Assembly (NCBI RefSeq): GCF_036321535.1
Contig: NC_087447.1
Location: 51,958,001 to 52,022,000 of the forward strand
DNA length: 64,000 nt
From: Camelus dromedarius
Lineage: Eukaryota
Direction of reading: 5' to 3'
Shown here: piece after piece, positions 1-10,441 of the stretch
Layout: each line of letters begins with the position of its first letter
How positions within the stretch are numbered: position 1 is the stretch's first letter
Notes under the pieces: model-generated
Databases searched by the model: none
Seen by the model: the letters and a program-made list of their open reading frames with translations, nothing else
What the model was told of the DNA's origin: nothing
Program-made: the position numbers and the translations under genes

Positions 1-759
1 TTACATCTCCAGAGCAGACCCTCAGTGCCATCTCAGAGGCTATCTTTCAGGCTTAAGCCCTCAGAAAGTCTGCTGAATAAAACACAATTCTCAACTTTTA
101 GGTTGTAGGCTTTTTTTCTTTTCTTTTTCTTTTCCTTCAGTCGACACTGGGAATAACTTTGGTGAAATGACAAAGTAGGTTTCAGATTGGAGCCCACTGA
201 GAAGCAAGCAGGAGAAATGGAGAAGAGTACAAGCAACTATTAACAAGTTTAGCCCTAAAGAAAAGGAGAAAGCACAGTGAGAAGGAAAGGGTGTGATACT
301 GAGGGAGAATTTTATTAAAAAGGAAGCATGTTTAAATGTTAATGAAAACAAACAGGTACAGGGAAGAACCTGAAGATTCACGACAGAAAGAGTAAGAATG
401 ATCTGAATGGGCAGGAGAAAATATGTTCCACAGTCCACGGAGCAGTGTCAGCCCAGTTAGAAAGGGCACCTCATCTACTCTAAGAAGACAGAAAAAAGAA
501 AGGAACCATGCAGATACAGGTAAATTTGGAAATCTGGTCACAGCATGTGACCTAATAGATTTAATTTTCTTTGTGAAGGGGAAGGTAAGGTCATACACTA
601 AGATTGAAGGGATGGCTTAACTTTTATTCCCAGTATCTAATCCAGTGCTTGGGACACAGGTATTTAATAAATAAGCTTATTCTAAAAATAAAAGAAAAAC
701 AAACAGCTTCCTTAATTCGGTTGTTCTTTAGAATTGATACACAACTTTCTTCAAATTAG

Positions 760-773
760 CCACTAGGGGGCGT
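760..773 (+). promoter_or_regulatory. candidate CTCF site
   Basis: CCACTAGGGGGCG matches the CTCF core consensus and sits in AT-rich intronic DNA. Confidence 0.6.
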
Positions 774-3159
774 TGCTGCTGCCACTCTTTCCCCTTAAAT
801 CTTTTAACCCACTGAAATTAATAGAAAATTACAGGGCACTGTATGTCACAAAATATGTTCTTCCTCAAGAAAACCTGGCTTCAGCTTTATATACATGTAT
901 AGGTGCGTGTTCTCACATATGCATGTGCATGAACACACTCATATACATGCATATTGTGGTATGATGGGAGGGCTGTTCCTTCTGCCAGCCAACCACTGCA
1001 ATCATACCATGATGCCCCAGAGGTAATACCATTTTCCAGAGGTCATTTTTTGTAATTCCTCCAAGGTACACGGTAAATACTGAACAGACCTTTTACACTT
1101 TCTTACAATTAATAAATTAGAAAAGCCATTGATGAAAAAAATCCCCAAAGATAATCCCTAGTTACATTTGCCATCGCTTCTTTCAAGTTGTTTTTCTACC
1201 CCTACACCTACCTCCTCCCCACATTAAATAAGGTTAAAAAAATTAATATTAACTACTTGTAATTTATTTCATAAACTCCTTTCCCCCTTATTTCAGATGT
1301 TTGATACGTTCTTATAATGAAGATTTATTGATCTATAATACCACATGGCTATTATAGATACCAGAAGAAGCAGCAATTTGGGGGTGTGTGTTTAGCAATG
1401 GAGCTAGGAAATACTTGTTTCCTAATTTGGTTCTAACAAACTTGGGCTAATGAACAGAGTTCTAACTTAAAACAGGAATTCTCAAAACCCCCAAAGAAAA
1501 GACAATGCAAAGTAAGACTGTTCCCCAAGAGTTTAGGGTTACACAAATCAGCTCAGTTTCAATTTAGGGAACTGAACTTCCACAGTGGGGGAGACTTCCA
1601 GTCATACCAACGGAACACATCACACCCTGGACTAAGAAAAGCTGTTACTAGTTTGGTCTTATGGGCTGGAGCTGATGGAGGGAGATGGGAAACAGCTGAG
1701 GTCATCTTATAACTGTAGGGTGTCAAGCACTTCAAATGGGGGGAAAAGGTGCTTGACCCCAAAGCCTCTAAACTTGGTTGGGAACAAAAATATCCATGAA
1801 ATGGATCATAAAGAGAGTCTGAATGATACAGTTGAAGTAGTCATCAGTCAAATGTAGCTACAGTGTCAAACTGTTTGCAAATGTTTCAAAAATAAAGTTT
1901 CAAGGTTGCTTAGAGTAGTGTTCTAATTTGACAATTAACAGTCACATTTTTACTGGATACTTTATTCCACTAGCTGGTATAGTATTACACTTTTATTGAT
2001 AGTTTTCAGAAGCTCTTTGTTGTCAGAGGCTTTTGTTTTTTTGCTTTATATTTGTAAAAACATGAACAGCAAATTAATCTTCCTTAACCTAACACAAAAA
2101 TTCACCTTCCCTAATGAACAGACACAACCCACAAGAGGCGAAAACTTTTTTCCTCAGTAATTCTAATTCATCGGCTACATGGAGATCCCTGAAAAAATGA
2201 GCTTTAAAACTGAAATGAACACTTCATTGTCTTATCTCTACTATATTTAAAATCTACGTCCACTAACAAAAGTCATGTGCTAAATCCTTATGTTTCCCCT
2301 CACCCCCAGCAAATGATCTAAATAAGAGCCTACTTTCATTTACATACAGTTACACTCTGCAACAACAACACTTCCTTTGAAAAACAGAATGTCACTTCCT
2401 CAATCCAGAGGCCAGAAGTCCCTTGGTTCTGATCTGGGGAGCCAAGACAGGAAACTCTGGTAAGCTTTTGCCTCTCCCCCCATGGACAGCCACTAGTGCA
2501 GCTGACAGAGGGCAGGGTCTATTCAGAGCTCCCTTGATGCACTGCAGCTGGAAGGCAACAGCTCACTTCCATGCTGTGGGAATGATCCCAAAGACTCCAG
2601 CACCACGAGTCAGTTTAACAAGGGCATTTCACAGGAAGGGAAGAGGAAAGGATGGGAGACCCAGACATGTTTTAGCGACATTACTTCCATTTGCAAATTT
2701 ATGTGACTAGCCTAGAGCTGATTTCAGCCAAATCTCAGTAATTGCTATCGTCTTGTACTTTGACCCCACCAAGCAAGGCATCTTCTGGTGGACAGAAAAG
2801 AAAGCCAGACCTCCTCACCGTTCAGACCAGGCTGTACCACCTTCCCCATGCTGTTGCTAGCTTCTCACTTAGAAGGGGGAGGCTGTCACAGCAATTTCGG
2901 TAAACACTGTCGGTTAGCACCACCTGGCAACTGAGAACCTTGATCTCTCCCGACCCCAGACACCAAGGACTACACAACACAAAACCGGGCCAGTTATAGC
3001 AGACCAAACTGCAGTGTCACCATCGTGGGGTGGGGTGAGGGGGATGCATGTGAGAGACATACAGAATAAAGGGAAAGAAGGGGGACAAACAAGTGAGTCA
3101 CTTAATACAAGGGCTGCACATGCCGCTGACGCTGCCCATGATGCAGAGGCTGTGGACTG

Positions 3160-4330
3160 GAAGGAAGCGGGCGGCCACCGGGAAAGGCGGGCAGCGAAAG
3201 GGAAGGGGTAAAGGGTATGAGGCGCCTCGCCCTCTGTGGGGGGCTGGCCTGCACAACCCCACAAGCCTACGCCCCCCTTTCCCTCCCACTCGCCCAACCC
3301 CACGGGCTGAAGCCGCTCGGGGTTACTACGGCCCCCCAGCCCCAGGAATCAACTCTTTTCGGTCTCCAAAAACAATACAAACTTCAATACTGGATTTAGT
3401 TCACAGGGAGGCTGGCTAGGGAGGCGCCGCCGCCGCGACCGCCTCACGGAGAAGCAGCCGCAGCCTCTACCTGCCCGCCCGCCCCGCCCCTCGGCGGCGC
3501 ACCTGTGACAGGTGTGCAGGTGCCCCACACAGCCCCAAGCCGTGGGGTGCGCCGGCCGCGCCTCGCCCCCCGGAGGCCTCCGGGCCCGCCCTCCCCGTCG
3601 GCGCGTTCCTCCCGGAGCCCCCAGCTCCTCCGCAGGCCGCGGGGCGCCCCCCGCCCGCACCCCTGGCGGCCGCACCCGCTCGCCGCCCGCACTCACATAG
3701 CGCCTCAACTTCTTCTCCGGGGGCGATTTCCTGAGCCAGCCGGTGCACACCACGTCGCCGCCGCCGCTCATGCTGCCGGCCGCTTGGAGTCCGCCGCGGG
3801 GTCGGCGGACAAGGGCGCGGGCGGGGGCCGCTGGGTCAGCCGGCCAGCCGTACGCAGCTCGAGGGGGAGGGGAGGGGCCGGGACGGCCGGCCGCCGCGGG
3901 ACGAGGACGAGGCGGCGCGGCGCGGGCCCGGCTGCCTCGCGCGCGCCCGCTCTCCCCGCGCGTGCCCGTGGCCGCGCGCTCTCCCACCCCAGGCGCGGTG
4001 AGGGCGCCTAGGCAGGAAGGGCGGCGCGCGCTCGCCACGCCCACAGCCCGCCGCGCCCCCGGGCGGGCCGCCTTCAAAGACGCAAACACCGCCTCGCGCC
4101 TTTGGACCCGAGAGGCCCGAGGTTCACGAGGACTCTCGCGGCCGGCCGTGCCCCCGGGTCTTGCTTTTTTCCCAAAGCCTCCAGCAGCAAGCGTGGGTCG
4201 GGGGGGGGACGACCGCGCCCCTGGTGGGAGTGGGGGTGGGGTGGTGGGAAGGCACTACGCGCCCTTGATCCCAAAATCGATTTTTCACAGAGGGTCGTCA
4301 GGAAGGGACCCGATGGCTGTTCTCGTTTCC
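3160..4330. promoter_or_regulatory. CpG island / GAB2 promoter and 5' UTR
   Basis: Very GC- and CpG-rich stretch with multiple GC boxes around GAB2 exon 1; boundaries approximate. Confidence 0.9.
3697..3771 (-). CDS. GAB2: GRB2-associated-binding protein 2, first coding exon (start of PH domain)
   Basis: ATG at 3771-3769, then 25 codons MSGGGDVVCTGWLRKSPPEKKLRRY and a GTGAGT donor. Recognised as the GAB2 N-terminus; NARS2-GAB2 adjacency fits known mammalian synteny. Intron 1 runs off the window start. Confidence 0.97.
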
Positions 4331-5335
4331 TATCCATTTCCCCGAGTTTCAGGTTTCAGCAGGTCTGGTTCTGGCTGAAATTAGTGATCCGCTTCCCAGT
4401 AAGAGTTTCATTAACTCTCTCACCCCCTTGGCGAGAGGAGAGAAAACGGACTACTGCGTGCTGAGCGTTTACAGTCCTTGCTTATACGACTCTCTTCACA
4501 AATCTACAAATTGGGCGGGCAGTATTATTCCCATTTTACAGATAGCCCAAGGCCCCGAAACGTGTGCAATGCAATCAAGTTTCTAATTCTGGGGGTGGGG
4601 TTGGAGTGGGGGTTGGTCCTGCTCAATCTTCCATTTAAAGTGAGAGAATTGCTGCATATCAATTCAGGGTCCTCTCATTACCAAGATATAAAGTCCAGCT
4701 GGCTCTTACACTGCCTCTGGGAAAAACAATTTAGAAGAAAATTCTTACGATTTGCACTATCAAGGAAGCAAAAATGAGCTAATGGACTATTTCATAGTGA
4801 ACTGGAAGGCAAGGTGGTGTAGAATAAGAAATTGGGGTCAAAGTTCCCCAGAGCTCCAACTCACTGACACAAGTTTTGAGAACTATCTGGGGCTCCTATG
4901 ATATAGATACCTCTCTCACTGCGTTGTGGTGAGGTTTAACTGAGACAAAGCAATGTGGAAGCACACACCTGACAAATCCAGCACCTCAGGGGTAGGGTAG
5001 AGGCAAATAAGAAGGAAAAAAAAAAAAAAGCAAAACCAGAAGACTTTGGTAAGGGCTCTTTTCAACTCACAACGTACCTTTATAAGCAGCATGAAAAGGT
5101 AGGTCCTCCCCACAACTTCTTTTAAAAGTGGATAGTAACCCATTATATCAATAGGGAACCGCTCCCATCAGATGAGGAGAACCAGCAGCATCTTGCACTC
5201 CCCATACAACTTTAGACTAAGACTATTTTGTTTATTTCCCCGTCTCTGTGCCGCAAAGCTAGTTGTTTCACACAGTTGGACATCCTTCTGATTTTACAGA
5301 TCTTGGCTGGCTTGGGGAAAGCTCAGCCACTTCAG

Positions 5336-5450
5336 TCAGTTTGTAAAAGCTAATCCTTTGCTATATGCTTAGCTCTTTAAGCACCCTGAGGGGTTGAGAT
5401 CAGCAACCTTGGACCCAGTATTTCCCTGACTTTCTTCACTATCCAATGTG
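5336..5450 (-). pseudogene. ASTN-like probable terminal exon relic O
   Basis: Acceptor gattttacag; TLDSEESQGNTGSKVADLNPSGCLKS*AYSKGLAFTN*. SEE...C loosely follows the recalled ASTN2 end (RSEEVRP...ITCEEK). The true stop and acceptor (5450 or 5475) are uncertain. Confidence 0.5.
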
Positions 5451-5673
5451 CTGTAAAATCAGAACCAGAATATAGCTGAAACCAGAGCCACTGAGTCTTC
5501 CAATTTAGGGATCCTTAAGCCACATAAAAGGGCCACCACCAGAATTATGGCCGTTTTAACCTCTGGCTTTAAGTACCTTAAAACCCTGTGAGACAAATAT
5601 CAAAATAAAGCCTGCCAAATCAATCAGGAGGCAGACTCCCAACCAAACTAAAGCATCCTCTGACTTCATTCAC

Positions 5674-5862
5674 GTCTGAGTCATGGTGCCAAGTCCCAGG
5701 GACTGCAGAGTCTGAGAAATCTGCATGGTTTGTGATGCAAGTCAGCCATACACAGGCCCTAGCTCCCTAGAAGAGTAGTCTTCTATTATGTATCTCTCAA
5801 TAGTTACATGATCTAAGACTGACTGGGAGAGTGTTCAGCAAGGTTGGGGGTTGGGCTGCAGT
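5674..5862 (-). pseudogene. ASTN-like exon relic N (189 nt, annexin-like region)
   Basis: Acceptor tttcttgcag, donor GTGAAT; LQPNPQPC*TLSQSVLDHVTIERYIIEDYSSRELGPVYG*LASQTMQISQTLQSLGLGTMTQ. SSRELGP versus recalled ASTN RSEDELGP. Phase 2/2. Confidence 0.75.
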
Positions 5863-6105
5863 CTGCAAGAAACTCTTTAGGATCTTACTGTTTAGCAAAA
5901 GACACCGCCTTCCATGTTGTTATTTATAATTACATGTGAAAACAGAAGTTTGATGTTTTGAGGCCAATGACAGGAGGGGCCTTGAAATACAACACAAGAG
6001 GATCAGCTTCAGAAATGTTCTCTGAACATACCCCTCCTTTCCCAAAGGTTAGAGGAAGGGGGTCATCTTGGTGCTCTCCCCGCCCCGACCTATTTCATTA
6101 CTAAC

Positions 6106-6306
6106 CTGCCAGCACCCAGCTCAGGCTGTACTTCGGAGGGACTGTTCCTGAGGTCCCTTGGGGCACCCCGGTGCGGCTCAGTCTTCTGAGCCTGAGGTAT
6201 GTTCCAGGCCTGGAAACGGCCTTCAGACGAAACATACCTTACTGGGTCTTTACTAAGTCCTCTCCACTCCCTTCTCTCTCTCTTTTTTAATGCTCACTGG
6301 GGTTCA
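6106..6306 (-). pseudogene. ASTN-like exon relic M (201 nt)
   Basis: Acceptor ttttccatctcttcacag, donor CAG|GTTAGT; EPQ*ALKKRERREWRGLSKDPVRYVSSEGRFQAWNIPQ...ELGAG, one stop in 66 codons. Phase 2/2. Confidence 0.7.
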
Positions 6307-6351
6307 CTGTGAAGAGATGGAAAACAAATCGATTTATTTACATGAAGATAG

Positions 6352-6365
6352 GCGCCATCTATCGG
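6352..6365 (-). promoter_or_regulatory. candidate CTCF site
   Basis: Minus strand reads CCGATAGATGGCGC, close to the CTCF core consensus. Confidence 0.45.
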
Positions 6366-7328
6366 AACTAGTTGGGACGACAGCCCCCACAAACCCTGTG
6401 AGGACAAGTATCACTAGTCTATAATTAAAGGCAATTTTGATTAAAGACCACCGGTATTTCCTGGGGGAATTAATGACCGGCTACAAAAAGCGCTTTGGGC
6501 CATTAATTCTATATTCTCGTTAAGTCCCCAGGAAATGATCCATCTTATGAGGGTTTCTCTGGGGGTGCATTGCAGAGATTAGAGAAAGCATAGGCACCAC
6601 ATTTTGCTCCCGCCCCTCCCCCCACAAAGCCTGCGTTCTAAAGGGTGCGCTGTGGCTTTGAGTGTCGTCAGCGACAGCCTGCATCCGTGCCTGTCTGGGA
6701 GCTGAGGGTTTGTGGCCGGCGGCAGGTGCATGGCTGGTGGAACGCTCCCAGAAGCGAGTTGGAAGGGCTGGAAGGAGAGCTGTCCTCAACGGCACACCAG
6801 GCTGGGTGATTAATACCGCCCACGCCACGCCTGACGTCAGTGATCAGACTGGAGGTGGGGATGGATGTTTGTGTCCTAGCCCTTCTGCCTTTTCTCCCTT
6901 TCAATTTAGTTGACAGGTTAATTTCAGAGCTGAGTGCTGCTTGCCAAAGTCAGTATGACCAGCTGGGCCACCTCAGCTGGTGACTTTCAGGACACTTCTC
7001 TCAGGCATGTTCAGCTGTGTACCTCTTTAACCCCTGGTTGCTTTGAGCCCACTTGGTTTCATCAAATTACTCCAACTTACTCAAATCAACTTTGGCATCT
7101 GGTTGGGACTAAGATCTGGAAGTGGGCTGGGGTGTGGTTGAAGACCTAATTGGGTTTCCTCCCTGTCTGTGGCTTCTAAGTCTGAGAATTGCTTGACATT
7201 AAACCCAGTAAGAGACATTTTGCAAATAAACTTTCTTAAAGAGAAAAGTTTCAGCAAGTTGCTTCCCAGTTTCTCAGAAAGAGAACCTGTGCTAAAGGCT
7301 TTGGGGCAGTTAGGCTCTTGGGACATAC

Positions 7329-7398
7329 CTGCTGACAGTGGCGGAGGTGGTGACATCATGGTATTCACAGATCATGCTGCAACATCAGTGATCATACA
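7329..7398 (-). pseudogene. ASTN-like exon relic L (70 nt)
   Basis: Acceptor tttgttcttggcag, donor CAG|GTATGT; YDH*CCSMICEYHDVTTSATVS. Ends phase 2, matching exon M. Confidence 0.6.
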
Positions 7399-7800
7399 CT
7401 GCCAAGAACAAAGACTGTCAAGATCCCTGGGCAAGTGCCCTAGTACTCCAAACTTTACTTTGCAAGATGACCTCTTACTTCCTTCAGAGAGAACTCTTAC
7501 CTTGAATTAAGTCTTGAACATGGGTCAAGACTTTCCCTAAAATTCACCATCCTCAATCCCCAGCACAGTTGTTCTTTCCTTAGATTCACACTGCACCTAT
7601 ATAAATCGGGTTAACATATCGTACTGCAAATATTTGTTTCCTTGTCTGTGAGTTCCTTGAGGGCAGGACTTTGTTGCCCTCATTTCTGTATCCCCAGAGT
7701 CTCCCCTCATGGTGCCAGGCTCAAAATAGATGCTCAGTAAATTTTTGCTGTGAAAATTAAGGGACCAAATCTTAAAGGATGACAAGTGGGAGCTGTGAAC

Positions 7801-8040
7801 CCCTGGAGCATCCAGAACTCTTTGATCATCCACACCAGAGATTAGTATCTGTGAAGGTACCTTTAATTATTTATTGGTGGGAGGTGATTAGGTTTATTTA
7901 GTATTTATTTATTTTTAGAGGAGGGAGTGGGGATTGAACCTAGGACCTCAAGCATGCCAAGCATGCGCTCTACCACTTGAGCTATACCCTCCCCACCCTG
8001 TGAAGGTACCTTTAGACAGCTGAAGCAGCTGGAGGTAATT
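7801..8040 (-). pseudogene. ASTN-like exon relic K (SINE-interrupted; donor uncertain)
   Basis: With the SINE and one TSD copy removed the frame is open: (R)ITSSCFSCLKVPSQILISGVDDQRVLDAPG, compare recalled ASTN CPLVDDNKAEEIA. Confidence 0.65.
7866..7997 (-). mobile_element. tRNA-derived SINE (camelid type)
   Basis: tRNA-like head with A/B boxes and AT-rich tail; perfect 17-bp TSD CTGTGAAGGTACCTTTA at 7849-7865 and 7998-8014. Confidence 0.9.
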
Positions 8041-8145
8041 CTATGAAGTTTCACTTGTTAATCCTTGGTTTGCAAACCCTGAGATTCACCAGATGCCCTC
8101 CTCTCTGGGACTAAGAGTTAAAATCATTTATGGTTTATCAGATAC

Positions 8146-8340
8146 CTGGCTTCTTTTTGACAATCCTCCAGGACTCTTATCACTTGACCCCTTGTACCAA
8201 CACACAACACTAGGAAGGCTACAGGAATCACGTTCCCTGACTCAAAATAGGTTTCATACAACAGCTGACCAAGAAATACTATGTCTTTTGCATGAGATGC
8301 ATGCATAGTGACAGTGCAGATTCGCTAGTCTTTTGTTTTG
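8146..8340 (-). pseudogene. ASTN-like exon relic J (195 nt, FnIII-like)
   Basis: Acceptor ccccag, donor CAG|GTATCT. KTKD*RICTVTMHASHAKDIVFLGQLLYETYFESGNVIPVAFLVLCVGTRGQVIRVLEDCQKEA; FLVLCVGTRG versus recalled ASTN2 FTLYAVDTRG. Phase 2/2. Confidence 0.75.
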
Positions 8341-8769
8341 CTGGGGATCCAAAGGCCACAGAAGATTATCTTATCTAACTCTCTAATTCTACCAGTTACT
8401 CAAGATAACTGTCTGACCCATACAGCCAGTGATGTGCTGTTAAATTTAAAACCTGGCTTGCTGGTGGTGGTGGTAGTAACCTTGACTTGTAGTATGTGAC
8501 AATTTTTGTGGGGCAAATACTAAAACCCTCACTAAGCCTCCCCATCGACCAATTCAAGTTATCAACTTCATGCCTTTGAACACAGAGTTAAGAAATGCAT
8601 AAGAATGCACCTTTAGTATTTCCATCATAAAGATACAATAGACATAATGCCAAGAGCAGAGATAAGAGTAAAATGTACTAGAATATTTAGTAACTGATGA
8701 GTTATTTATTCTTTGTTTTTTAATATATTTAAAGTTTATGTAACTCAAGTTTTTAATTAAGGTATCTAA

Positions 8770-9430
8770 AACAGTCACCCTTTTAGAGTGTACAATTCAG
8801 TGGCTTTTAGAATATTCATAGAGTTGTGCAACTATCATTGCTATCTAATTTCAAAACATTTTCACTGCCCCAAAAAGAAACTCCATATCCAACAGCAGTC
8901 ACTCATTTCCCCAACCCCATACATCCTGGCAACCAATATGTTACTTTCTGTCTCTATGGATTTGCCAGTTCTGGATATTGCATATATTCAGAATCATATA
9001 CTCTGAGGCCTTTTGTGTCTGACGTTTCACTTTGTATAATGTTTTCAGGGTTCATCCATGTTGTGGCATGTATCTGTCAGTTCTTCTTCACTCCTTTTTA
9101 TGGCTGAGTAATGTTCCATTATATCCACGTACCATATTTTATTTATCCATTTAGCAGTTGATGGGCAATTTAGTTATTTCCACTTTTTGACTCTTATGAA
9201 TAATATTGCTGTGAACATTCACATTAAAGTTTTTGTGTGAACCTGTTTTTGTACTCTTGGATATATACCTAGGAGTCGAACTGCTGGATCATACTGTGAC
9301 TCGGTAACTTTTTACAAAACTCTTAACTGTTTCCCACAGTGGTTACACCATTTTATATTCCCACCAGCAAAGTATGAAGATTCAATCTGTCTACATCTTC
9401 TCCAATACCTGTTATTTTCCACTTTTAAAT
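8770..9430 (-). mobile_element. old L1M-type 3' fragment
   Basis: Typical degraded antisense L1M 3'-end sequence (TACAATTCAGTGGCTTTTAG...TTCCCACCAGCAA). Confidence 0.75.
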
Positions 9431-9564
9431 AATTTAATTTTAACGTTTGGTTTTTTTTTTAGGCAATCAGCTTGCAAAATTTTCCACAAGTTGAACTGTT
9501 GTCAAGGGCTGGTATGAGCCAGCCCAGCACACCACTGCACACAGCCCTCCTCAGAAAATCCCAC

Positions 9565-9647
9565 CATCCTTCTCTGTAGTCAGCTCCACTTCTTTCTGCT
9601 GACAAGGGCAATACTCAACAGAGTTGGATCTCCTGCTTACATCCTGC
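9565..9647 (-). pseudogene. ASTN-like exon relic I (83 nt)
   Basis: Acceptor ggttttctatag, donor GTGGGA; AGCKQEIQLC*VLPLSAERSGADYREG. Phase 0/2 bridges exons H and J; no motif recognised. Confidence 0.5.
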
Positions 9648-9838
9648 CTATAGAAAACCGAAACAGAAGGCCTCAGGGTTTTGTTTTTTTTTTTCTCTTC
9701 TGGAATTCAGAAGATTTTTGATTCTGGATAATCAGAAGGTTTTCAGCTCCTACCAAGCACTCTGGGCAGAACAGTGTGTTTTCTCCTCCATTTGTGTTGA
9801 GAAACAAAAATAAAACCCAAAATGTATCTTCCTGACAC

Positions 9839-10016
9839 CCAGATGTATCTTCTGGATGAGCTCTCAAGCAGTTGCTTCAACAGGGCCAACAGCTGTGGTC
9901 TGTTTCAACATAATTTGATGTAATCAGGGTTAATTTTGATGATGCGGTAACTCTGAAGGCTGTTTTTAAACTGGATTACTGTTGGGTCAACAATCATGTG
10001 GCATTACATTTAGTGG
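9839..10016 (-). pseudogene. ASTN-like exon relic H (178 nt)
   Basis: Acceptor ttttgtttcag; H*M*CHMIVDPTVIQFKNSLQSYRIIKINPDYIKLC*NRPQLLALLKQLLESSSRRYIW; donor GTGTCA is weak. Phase 2/0. Confidence 0.6.
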
Positions 10017-10310
10017 CTGAAACAAAAGCCAGAATTAAAACAGTTTTCCCCCACCCCTCTTCTAAATGACAGCCCTGCTAGGATTAGAAGTTATGAAGCA
10101 CATTTAACACAATTAGCTAAAAAAAGAAAGTAGCTGCAGTTAAATTACATGCAAACTTCTCCAAGGTCCAGAGTGTCCACTGAGAAAAAAGCTGGAAACT
10201 TATTTGTTGTTGTTGTTTTCTTTTCCTAGAGTGGTTAGAAATACGTTGGCAGCAGTCATTATAACTTAATATTTGGAACAATTTCTGAAGAGCAGAATCT
10301 TTTATCTTAC

Positions 10311-10441
10311 TTTGAGAGATCTGGCCATTACAGTTGCTGGCGAGCCCAACAGCAGGGTCTGGGCTGCTCTAGGCACACACACTTTCTCATTCGGTCTCTC
10401 CCAGTTTTCAGTTTTGGCTAGCTTTGAAACACAGCTAAGGC
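10311..10441 (-). pseudogene. ASTN-like exon relic G (131 nt)
   Basis: Acceptor ttttgtcacag, donor GTAAGA. ALAVFQS*PKLKTGRDRMRKCVCLEQPRPCCWARQQL*WPDLS has the same spacing as recalled ASTN1 GADGLPTCAPLPQP...LEW. Phase 0/2. Confidence 0.75.

Noticed and set aside
3093..4464. Many long overlapping ORFs (up to 246 aa) across the CpG island, including an apparent N-terminal extension of GAB2
   Set aside because: GC-rich DNA is depleted of stop codons; the products are low-complexity Arg/Gly/Pro/Ala and no upstream in-frame ATG was seen. Only 3697-3771 is supported.
9673..9838. GGENTLFCPECLVGAENL read as a MACPF signature
   Set aside because: Only the spacing matches; it is out of order relative to the other ASTN-like motifs and probably intronic. 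Exon D is the better candidate.
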